Part shown: positions 47,382 to 56,735 of the stretch, in pieces
Numbering within the stretch: the stretch's first letter is position 1
Layout: every line of letters starts with the position of its first letter
From: Phoronis australis
Lineage: Eukaryota; Animalia; Phoronida
Length of the DNA stretch: 56,735 nt
Direction: 5' to 3'
Assembly (NCBI GenBank): GCA_002633005.1
Contig: NMRA01000079.1
Location: forward strand, 1 to 56,735
Notes under the pieces: model-generated
Seen by the model: only the letters and a program-made list of their open reading frames with translations
Told to the model about the DNA's origin: nothing
The model's database searches: none
Made by a program: the position numbers and the translations under genes

Positions 47382-49991
47382 TTACGTAGAACTGACACTA
47401 GTATTGCCAGTGACAGAGCGCCTTGGTCTCATGTTAACTGCATCATGACCAGTGGTAGGACGATTTTCTTTAGTCATACATGTAAATCCCAGCGCATGTA
47501 GAACATTCCTAGAGCAAACAAAGGAAACGAAAACAAACACACCTTGACTCGCGTTAAGTACTGTGAAGATATACCACGCTACTGTATTGTTTACTGCCAT
47601 GGCCACGAACCCAAAAATCCACGTTATCCCTAGGAGAATAAACAATTTTAAGTACATTAGAACCTCGTCCTGTGTGGAATTTCGTTGAGCTATTCCAGCT
47701 GTTCTGGATACTTTGAGGGATCCATGCAGAGAATATAAAATAAGAAAATATAAGATCACGTTAGCCAATGCAAAGCCTCCAACCGGGGCAACGAACAGAA
47801 TCAGCATTGCGTTAATACGAGAAAACCAGCATTGGCCTCTGAAGGAGAATTCGGGTTTAAATTGATCAGCCACATCACTATAGTCGAGAATTAATGAAGT
47901 AAACGCAATCAGCGCCGGAACAAAAGTGGCATAACACCAGCAGATGAGAAGGGAACGTTTGTGCCTACGTTGTGGCTCTAAGAGAAATCGGAATGTCAGC
48001 CACGTGTCTACAGCTATCACGTTCATCCATGCAAATACAGACAGATACGCCCATTGAGTGAGAGCTGCTAGTGTCTCGCACAGCCAAGGAATGGCGCCGG
48101 TGACTGAGCGCAGTAGAAAGAATAAATCAGCCAAGAATAACTGTAAAACTAGACAGAACTGTAGTTTTCCAGGAAGCGTACGATAAACGGGGCAAAGTGG
48201 TTGAAGTGACAAGCGAATAAGAAGACAAAATTCTGAGAGAACAAGACACGCTAAAGTTACTTTTCCCAATGCTGAGTTGTTAGAATTTTGAATTTTAATG
48301 TATTCTGTTTGATTTTCCGGTACGAAGTTGTCGAGACAAACCAATAAACTGCCGTTTACATTAGAAACATCATTTCGTGGAACCGTGCCACCTAGATCTT
48401 GCAAAATTAAATAGCTATTATTTGAAGTGACCATTCCATCATACTCAGTTAAGTTTTTACATGCAGACGTATTCTTGTAGCTGTGCTCATAATTTCCTAA
48501 ACAATCACTATTGTCAACAGTTATATTAATGATATGACCAAGAGATTCAGAGATAAATGTCTCATTTAACTGAGATTTAAACAACAGTACCTCTGCCCTG
48601 GCTGTTTTTTCAGTGCACGGAACATTTAATCTTTGCATGAAAATCACTGTTAACACATACTGGAAAGCAATTAAAGGTTCATTCTTTTCTTCTTGTTTTG
48701 TTTGATAATACTTGAATTTCAGGTATGGATATGGACCTTGAAAAACATTCGTATAATCAGGTCGAGTATTCATATTAAATAATTTTTCAAGACATTTTTC
48801 TATTTGGCTTGTCAAACGATCACCGTCGAGATACATTTCGTTACCTCTATTCGTGTTAGGTCCTGCAATAAAAACTGGTTTCAAACTCTGATACTTGATG
48901 ACAACTTTTACCTGGAAAAGTCTAAATTTTGGAACGCAGTCTCCGTCCCTTAATTGATAGTCGTCTTTGCACTCCGTGGCTTGACATTCTGTAAGATCGC
49001 CCTCTCTACACATCACCAAAGACGATTTCTGGGTATTTATTCTTGATCCCAAAGTGTCTGAAACGCCAATTCGGAGGTTTCCTGCACTATTTATATCAAG
49101 TAGCAGTGAGAACGAAAATTTTTCGTAATCGTCATCTATGGAGGAGTCGTCCTTTATTGTTAACGGAAAGTGACATAATAATGTGGGGTGGCCCTCTTTT
49201 AAAGCATCATTGCATACAGTACAGAAATAATTTTTGTAATAAGCTCTGGGGTCATTCTTAGTAAAAATAGTCTGCGTAGATCTGCATAGTTCTATAAGAT
49301 TCTTGGACTTGCATCCAGACGGACAGCTGTCAATAATTTTTGCATCACACTTTCTTCGGCTTCCTTTTCTGTTTTTTGTAACGAACCTGCATAATGGGTC
49401 GTCGAGGCGTTTCGAAAACTCCCTCATACTGCCGTCAATCGGTGAAGATGCCTTTTCCTGACACTTTATTACGAACGACCAAAAAGTTACATTCACGACA
49501 CCGTTGCATCGAGCACAATAATAATTTCTGTATTGCATTCCAGTCAAGGTATCCGTTACTGGCACCCTGTTTATTATGGCTTTGTCTGTATTTAGACACT
49601 CGCGAATAAAATTACCATGTCCATGCTGCTCAGGGCAACCATGGACCATGAGCGCATGGGAGTAACAAGTCATTGGTAGTGCAACCTTGGCAGCTGTCTT
49701 CGCCTGAGCTGGACATAAATCCCAGAAATCGCTACAGCAGTCGCCATAGGTGGCACACCACGCATCGCAAGAACATGTTCGTCGCACAAACTCGATGTGC
49801 TCGCCACAGGCCTTGTTACATGTGGTTCGAGAATTGTGTTTATTGCACGCCCTCGTTTTTTCCTTGAAAAACGGTTCGTTTAAGTTTTTCATGCCATCGC
49901 AAGCTAATAGTCCTTGTGCTGTTGGCAAACTGCATGTAAAGGCGAACGTTGCGAGCCAGAATACCAGACGGATCAAGCTGAAACGGTTCAT
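47382..49991 (-). CDS. Secretin-class (Methuselah/adhesion-like) GPCR with N-terminal Somatomedin-B domain and Cys repeats, ~869 aa, single coding exon
   Basis: Signal peptide MNRFSLIRLVFWLATFAFTCSL. SMB domain CSCDAWCATYGDCCSDFWDLC. Two YxNxxCxxCN repeats. 7TM motifs: LPGKLQFCL, LCETLAALTQWAYLSVFAWMNV, QCWFS, KLFILLGITWIFG, LNASQGVFVF. Acceptor tttacag ~16 nt before the ATG. Poly-A signal at plus 47336-47341. The ORF track start at 50030 is GTG and probably intronic. Confidence 0.92.
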   Translation of the reverse strand: MNRFSLIRLVFWLATFAFTCSLPTAQGLLACDGMKNLNEPFFKEKTRACNKHNSRTTCNKACGEHIEFVRRTCSCDAWCATYGDCCSDFWDLCPAQAKTAAKVALPMTCYSHALMVHGCPEQHGHGNFIRECLNTDKAIINRVPVTDTLTGMQYRNYYCARCNGVVNVTFWSFVIKCQEKASSPIDGSMREFSKRLDDPLCRFVTKNRKGSRRKCDAKIIDSCPSGCKSKNLIELCRSTQTIFTKNDPRAYYKNYFCTVCNDALKEGHPTLLCHFPLTIKDDSSIDDDYEKFSFSLLLDINSAGNLRIGVSDTLGSRINTQKSSLVMCREGDLTECQATECKDDYQLRDGDCVPKFRLFQVKVVIKYQSLKPVFIAGPNTNRGNEMYLDGDRLTSQIEKCLEKLFNMNTRPDYTNVFQGPYPYLKFKYYQTKQEEKNEPLIAFQYVLTVIFMQRLNVPCTEKTARAEVLLFKSQLNETFISESLGHIINITVDNSDCLGNYEHSYKNTSACKNLTEYDGMVTSNNSYLILQDLGGTVPRNDVSNVNGSLLVCLDNFVPENQTEYIKIQNSNNSALGKVTLACLVLSEFCLLIRLSLQPLCPVYRTLPGKLQFCLVLQLFLADLFFLLRSVTGAIPWLCETLAALTQWAYLSVFAWMNVIAVDTWLTFRFLLEPQRRHKRSLLICWCYATFVPALIAFTSLILDYSDVADQFKPEFSFRGQCWFSRINAMLILFVAPVGGFALANVILYFLILYSLHGSLKVSRTAGIAQRNSTQDEVLMYLKLFILLGITWIFGFVAMAVNNTVAWYIFTVLNASQGVFVFVSFVCSRNVLHALGFTCMTKENRPTTGHDAVNMRPRRSVTGNTSVSST

Positions 49992-51788
49992 ATCGATTGA
50001 TAAACAGCTGTAAACAATGAATAATCTCACAACCGATTGTCCTTTTTATTCTACTGGCTCTAATTTCCTGGGTGTTGTTAATATTCAAGTAGTTAAGCTA
50101 ATTTATCATCCGACATGTTTTAATAGAGGCCACTTCAGCGTTCACTTAACAAGGCAAACAAAATTCGACACAGCATTATCAGTAATTCGTGCTGAAATGT
50201 TTGTAAAAAGTCAAACACTCCTGGGGTTACCTTTTGTTAAACCTTCGTATCTCTGCCCTCTATTGCCTCTACCTTCTCGTTTACTCGTTCTCACGGTTCT
50301 CAGTGACGTTTGTTTAGTTATGATAACATCAATTAGACAAATTCCAAACCAATCTTTACGTGGAAATCGTATTCAGTACCAGTAGTTGCTTTAAAAAGGC
50401 TTACGTGAAAGTCGTCAAAATATTGCTTAAACAATTTCTGACATAACTACCACTGGCAACGCCTAATGCGCAGTATTTCACTTTCCACTCTAAGGAAATT
50501 TCAAGAAAAATCACAAAATTCTGAAATAGATGCAGTGTTTTTAATCCCCCTCAAACATTTGATAAATTTGTGCATGCGCTCGCAGTCAGTTGCTTGAGGG
50601 TAAAGTTTACATTTTCCATATAAGGGAAATGTGATGAGTCTACATTGTATGTCCAGCTATACCAAATAAGGAGACGTCCTTTGCGTTGCGGGAGAAAAAT
50701 CGACGAAGTGGTGAGCAGTTGACAGATCGTTATTTTGAAATTAATTTGAAGAAAATGTTTTGATATCAACACAAATTAAAATCTTTATCGTAATCTATTT
50801 TGCCCGGGGTTCGCCACGAGCTATGTAGCAGAGTAAAACAAGAGGAGGATTGCGAATATTGTCATTTATTGTGACGTAAATAGATAAAACTAACTAAGAC
50901 TCTGCAAGATGGGCATGGACAAAACGCCCACCGGCGTGTACAATGAATAGCCCTGAAAGAGGGAACAAAACAAAAGAACTGCCTGAAGGGCTTAAAGGAA
51001 AAGTACAGAACATGAACACAAAACTTGAAAAAACCTAACAGGAAATGTAAATGAGAAAAGAGAAAGTGGAACCGACACCCGGGATGGGGGGTGGGGAAAA
51101 ATGCAGAGAACGAACGTAGGTCTTGTAGACGACGAGGTAGGTGGCTGAATGAGAGAGACCACGTTGAACTGAACAAAGGAAATATGGGCGACCAATCAGG
51201 TGTCGTGTAGAGAAATGTATGAGTACAAAAGTAGGCCCTTGAGGCTATAAATAGAGATGAGTAATGCAAAATAAACCCTAAGGACTGGTATCAAAATAAA
51301 GAGACAAATGTCAAAATAATGACGATAAATGCATTTAACAAGTTAAATTTAATTTAGGAACAAACCCCAAAAATACCCGGTGAGCAGGTTGAATTCTGTT
51401 TCAGTGGCAAAGAACCACTTTGAGTATTGCTATTTAGCTTGTTTATGGTGTTCCAGACCTCTTTAACGTTTAAATTGAGGTAACTTGGGAGATTAAAGTT
51501 TGAAAGTACTGTAAATCCCATGGCATAACACTCCATTACGTGACATTAGGCGCTCCACTGTGCTTATTAAACCGTTGATTGTTGAATCTACACAAAACTG
51601 GCTGCACGTGTACAAATTGAAATTATTGTGATGTCCTTGAACTGTTGAGTTGAAAAAGCATTATGGAAATGTATGGGACTCCCGGAAAGGGTGTCATGTA
51701 GTTCTTGGGAAAGTATTTGTGAGTAATTCTAGCATTAATGGGAAAACAACTATCAAGTTGTCTCTGGTAAACTTAGATTCCACTCCAG

Positions 51789-52004
51789 GGCTCCGTTTCA
51801 ACAAAGTTTAGATTTAACTCCAGGGCCTCGTTTCATCAAAGTTTAGATTCCACTCCACAGCTCCGTTTCATCAAAGTTAAAGTCTCAAAGTTTGATTCTT
51901 GGCATGACGTGAACGGGATTGTTCAACAAGCGCGACAAGACATGTGATGGAATGACGACATTGTTCTTTCGATTCAGACTAAAATATTGCCATGAAACGG
52001 AGCC
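51789..52004. mobile_element. Harbinger-type MITE, CAG TSD, with triplicated left terminus
   Basis: CAG-GGCTCCGTTTCA ... TGAAACGGAGCC-CAG. The ~35 bp unit (ttagattccactccagggctccgtttcatcaaag) is repeated three times at 51773-51878. Confidence 0.75.
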
Positions 52005-52007
52005 CAG

Positions 52008-52353
52008 TGCCCGGTTGCATGAAACAGTCCCAAATAGGGACTCGACTAAGTTCCCTTAATCTAAAGCGTGTTTGTGGAGTTGTGAAAACCCTGTTCTTTC
52101 TTATGTTGATAGAGTCCCATTACTAAGTCAATTTTTGGCTTTGATACAAATCAAGTCCCTAATTATCATGACTCCATTAAGGGCTCAGCTTCTAGTGATA
52201 TCGTAAGAAAATGTCATAAGTCAAAGATTAACTCATGATCAAGATGGAATGTTAGAAAAATACAAAATCTGTGAGTAAATAACCAAAAAATAATACAAAA
52301 TTTTACGGAGATTAGTTGACTCCGTAATTGGCACTGCTTCATGCAACTGGGCA
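52008..52353. mobile_element. Harbinger-type MITE, CAG TSD
   Basis: CAG-TGCCCGGTTGCATGAAACAGT ... ACTGCTTCATGCAACTGGGCA-CAG. It shares the CAG at 52005-52007 with the preceding MITE. Confidence 0.8.
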
Positions 52354-55215
52354 CAGACGTCTTGTACATCGATCAAGTGACATTTACGAGCCGGTTTAAA
52401 GTTTTACCAAACACATTCCTATTTTTCTCATGTAGCAAGGGATCTGGTAGTGGTGGGTACGATTGCTTTTTATAAACTCGGTCTTGTTTTGTCAATCACA
52501 CAACAAACCCTGTTACAAAAATCGATCGTATTGTATTACAGTAAGTCGAGTCTGTTTCGTCAACCCTAGTGCCGTCGATTCCTAATCCCGCTAGTGAAAG
52601 GCCGAGGCCCGCATCCGTAATAACGAGGCTCCACACAAGTTAGGCAGATCCAAAAGCTTTCGCGACAAGTGATCAAGCTTCTGTATATGTCCATCATAAA
52701 ATCGTCTGCAAGAATCTGTTGTTGAAAATTTTTAACAACGAGCGAACCACAGTTTTGCAGGAATGAGTTGCACAACATTTTAAAGTACCTGTAATGAAAC
52801 GATTTGACGGTGTGTAGTCATTTCTACAGGTAGTTAGAAAAAACAATTTTGAGTTATAGAAATAGTTTAACAGAAAATAAAAAACCCCAACCACGTGAAC
52901 TTCTAAAAAAGGAATAAACTCCACTTAGACATTAATAAGGTAAAGGCTTAACACGAACTTGTTCCGAGAAGGCTTAAACGCTGCATGCATTTCATACCGT
53001 CGAGTGAGCAATTTTGTCAGGGCATCTAAAAACTTATTCATGGCACGAGGAAATTTTACCCGTCTCAAAATAAACATTTCTTTGGAATACACGTACTCGT
53101 AGAAGCTTGTTGAACTATTTGTTTCAAGTTGATGATATTTAATTTGAAAATTGTTAAAAGAGTGCAGGTTTTCATTACATTTTTTTTGTTTCGTGACTTG
53201 GCAGCACACAGCGTATTAAAACAATTAATGTACTTGTACTGTACAACCTGAGCGTGACGATAAGGCAGGGAAGTATGTTCAAATTGGCCAAACCGAATGA
53301 AAACAAGGTTTGAGTGTTGATCCTACACCGCCAATAAACCAGTTTAAAGTGGCTATTGTAATTTTAGGGGAGTGGTGTACCACTAAATGTTCCCACTAGA
53401 TTAGGCTGATGGCTTTGCAATACCAAAGAAACTGCGTACTTTCATTACCTGTTTGAAGTAACTGAATGTTGTTAAGGGCATTGTAAAGACTACTGGTAGT
53501 TAAACTGCGATGAGAGTTGCACAGTTCAGATATAACTACTTTATTGAGAATGGCCTCACAACTTTTTCCGAGGTTGGTGTGATAATCGAAATACAGTCGA
53601 AATCGATGCTTGTACTTTATTATATAACATTAGCTACTTAACGCTTGTATAACTAGAAATCTCCGCGGAATGGTGTGCTACTGACGAAGGTGGGGAAACA
53701 GACTAGAATTTGGGTGGAACCACGGTAAGAAGTTAATAATTGAAATTGCCAAATTTATACATTTTAATTTCCCACCTATATCTTGTTTGTACACACACAG
53801 ACTCAAAATTTCGTCAAAGTCAAATTGGTTTATCCCGCACTTGCATTGTGGGTGTAACTATTATACATGTGGGAAATGGTATGGAAATTTTTTCATGTTG
53901 TTGACATTATTTTTTATTTTCTCTAATTTTGTCATTCTTCATGAATGTCAATACACCTTGCATCCAAGGTGTTCCTTATATCAAACACATAAGTATGCGT
54001 ATTTATTTATCTGAAACTGACGCTTAAAAGAGGCACGGGAACGAAAACGGGTAATCTTTCAAAAAAGGACGAGGCAAATCTACTTCTTGGAGATGGTAAG
54101 GTGAGAGTTATTCACTTTTGAATATTGCAAAACATTCCAGAAAATAAAACGTCAGATTCACTTTTTTCAAGTACCGACGAACTATAAACTTTTTCATGCC
54201 AATACAGTTTCAAATTGTCCGCATTTAATAACATATAATATGCGCGCTTGTGCTCAAACAAGTCTGGCTGCAGTTGACAGATTGTTTTGTGAAATTTGAA
54301 ACGAAAGGAAAAATGCTTTGACATCGCCGGAAATTCGAAGTGTATGTATCAACGAACAAACCGTATAAATACCCGGTAACAGATTGATTTTGTTTCCATG
54401 GCGGAGATACACTTTGAATAATGAAATTTGATCTGTTCTTCGCGTTCCAGGCATCATTAAAATTAAATCCAAAATGCTATATGGTGTAGCCTCCGTGTGA
54501 AAACTACATGTACATGTCCAGAATCAGAGCACATCTGCCTGTACACTTGGATAAAAATTGAGTCAAGCCACGTTCTGACTTGGCGAATAATGACTTTCAA
54601 ACCAATTTTTCAATGGATAAACTCATTGAAGCACATTGAAGTCTAACTGCTGAGATAAAAACCCGACCCTGCCACAGAGTGCACGTCATATCAGCATCTT
54701 GTTGACACCGTTGAAACGCGCGATGTTGCTAGCTGCCTAAGCACAAAGATGAATATGTAAAAGAGATCTCGACAGCGTTGTTATGCACACATGTGCGCTA
54801 CACATCCATGGGCTACACAAGTGCCCAACGTAATCCGATTCTGGTGACCAACCTATTAGGGTTTAAAGTTCATGGGCTTTCACCCGAGCGTTAACAGTTT
54901 TACCTTGTGGCACATTTGCGAACACAGATGATAACCTTAATCACGGCGTCAACATGTCAGTGATTCGTTAGGAAGTAAGACAACTTCTACAGATCAATAA
55001 AGTAGTTATATATTCGGTTTTGCACATATAGTCGGTGGGCCTGATCTCATAGCGTTCATCCTTGTGAGTACTTTGGGGGGGCAACATAGTTTTTTTCTGT
55101 GTGCCTAGATAATATACCTATAAATCAAATTCCAAAAAGTTCCCACGTCTACACTTTTCTATTGAATTGACCAATCAGAGAGCCAGATTGTATTGTTGTG
55201 CTTAGTTACTTCAAT

Positions 55216-55735
55216 ATGGCTGCTCCCATGGAGTGTGATGCCTGTATAATTCAAGGTTTATCAAACAGCACAAAATTGTGATGTCAGAGCCTAAAGAAGG
55301 TTTGGAAAGCTTCCTGACGAAAGCTGATGGACTGTGGAACTCTGTAGATCAGTAGATCAAAAAGAAGAAGAGGTGTCACAAACGTTTGTGCAGAAAACAG
55401 GTGCATGTCCTGGGATAGCCTACACAGTATACTGCTGAGTGCTGTAGACTAGAAGACCAAGTGTCAGACCAAAAAATTGAAAGGACATAGAACGGCATAG
55501 CAACGTTTCAAGGCACCAACAGTAGTACTAAACTGAAGTTGTTGAAAGTGATACAGATGTTATCCAAGATTTCCCAAGAAAATCAAAATCAACACTTCCA
55601 AAATCTGAAACACCCAATTAACCTGAACAAGATAGGAACATTCTGAAACATGAGTGCATCATTTGTTAGCAGGAAAAGTATATTATGGACCATATTTCAA
55701 GAAAGAGAAAGAAGTATAGCTTTCAAAAACAGGTA
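55216..55735 (+). pseudogene. Decayed N-terminal coding fragment, probably of a DNA-transposon protein
   Basis: CCAAT box at ~55171, then MAAPMECDACII... and RNILKHECIIC*QEKYIMDHISRKRKK with multiple stops and frameshifts. The resemblance to Cys-rich transposase N-termini is by eye only. Confidence 0.3.
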
Positions 55736-55908
55736 CGTGTTTTTGAAAAGTACGTCTTGGTGTTTTCCATGTGTGTTTCAGTATTATCACCAGTTGTTTT
55801 TTAACTTGTTCAGCCCCTTGGCTGCCTAGGCCTTAGACAATACCGCTGACCCAGTAGAGACGATGATCATACCATAGATACTCCATATGCCGGATGCTTT
55901 TCGGCAAA

Positions 55909-56085
55909 TTATGTTCCTATAAGTTTAGAAGTACCGCGTAGAGAGATGTCTCTGAGGAGGGCGTTAATGTTTTCAATTGTTTCCAGTTTAAACAAATACT
56001 CCTGCAATCCTGTTTTTCGAACACTCCATTGTTCAGTTGCCACATCGACGCTGCTTGCGCTAAGGGATAATCCTATGGCGTTATA
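55909..56085 (-). CDS. Possible terminal coding exon of a gene extending beyond the window
   Basis: Acceptor cacctacag, then an open frame YNAIGLSLSASSVDVATEQWSVRKTGLQEYLFKLETIENINALLRDISLRGTSKLIGT*. No recognised family. Confidence 0.25.
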   Translation of the reverse strand, partial: YNAIGLSLSASSVDVATEQWSVRKTGLQEYLFKLETIENINALLRDISLRGTSKLIGT

Positions 56086-56735
56086 CTGTAGGTGTGATTT
56101 TAAAGCACTTTAAGTCAAAAATTTTTGAGAAGGTTAAATGGATTAGATGGTTGCAAACAATATGCCCAAGTGACCGTCATCCCCTGCCGTAGTCCTGGGA
56201 TAGGGGGAACCTCTTCTCAATTTTTTGTAAACATTAATTACTTAGGTAGGTGCAATAATAATTAAATTAAAGTGCCTAAGTGGCCATCGTCGCCGTCGAA
56301 ATTTGAGGACGATGGAAGCCACTGTCCATTTCGTCAAACGTCGATTACCTTAAGTGTAAATTGATTGACTATGGTTTGAGCATCTGATTTTAAAAAAGTA
56401 AATTTCAATCACTGAACTGGTATATCAGCTGATTTATTTTTAGTTGCATCAACTAATCTAATTATTAGACGATCAACATTTTTAGGCTACAGATCAGACG
56501 GCATGTAAATTTGTTAGGCTGGTGGTGGATCAGTTCCTGATAAGTCCGTCTGAAAAAGTTGCATGCCAACTCACTCATAGTTGAATGTTAAATTAATGTT
56601 AACAGTTCGGGTTTTTTTCTGTTGGACTTGTATCGCAAGCAACAGCTCAGTCCAAAGCCCTGAATATGCAAATGAAATTCAAAGATAAAGACCTTGTGTC
56701 TTAGAAGCCAAGTACAACAGATCATCATTTTTTTT

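Noticed and set aside
1-56735. Prokaryotic or viral systems (operons, defence islands, retrons, DGRs), tRNA and rRNA genes
   Set aside because: All RT fragments are ordinary Gypsy or LINE types, gene density is low and spliceosomal signals are present. I recognised no tRNA or rRNA structure by eye; tRNAscan-SE or Infernal would be decisive.

Overview
This is AT-rich metazoan genomic DNA, most likely from a marine invertebrate, and not prokaryotic. Most of it is decayed and nested transposable elements. Two intact host genes face each other, each with a single coding exon. One is an uncharacterised signal-peptide protein with about 8 transmembrane helices (35227-37260, +). The other is a Somatomedin-B/Cys-repeat secretin-class (Methuselah/adhesion-like) GPCR with no GPS motif (47382-49991, -). 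Mobile content includes a Mutator-like transposase interrupted by a Gypsy LTR element, two convergent L1/Tx1 LINEs, a Penelope GIY-YIG fragment, several MITEs with CWG or 5-bp TSDs, and two intron-containing THAP pseudogene copies. A CR1/L2-type LINE with a disrupted virus-like 2A motif is split by an 8.4 kb TIR element with an AT TSD, which carries a 6.4 kb tandem array of Helentron-like (HINE/DINE-1-type) units. I found no convincing novel multi-gene system. The best leads are the orphan membrane protein, the hairpin-multimerising rolling-circle array, the 2A-LINE and the THAP remnants. All calls come from reading the sequence by eye, with no database searches.
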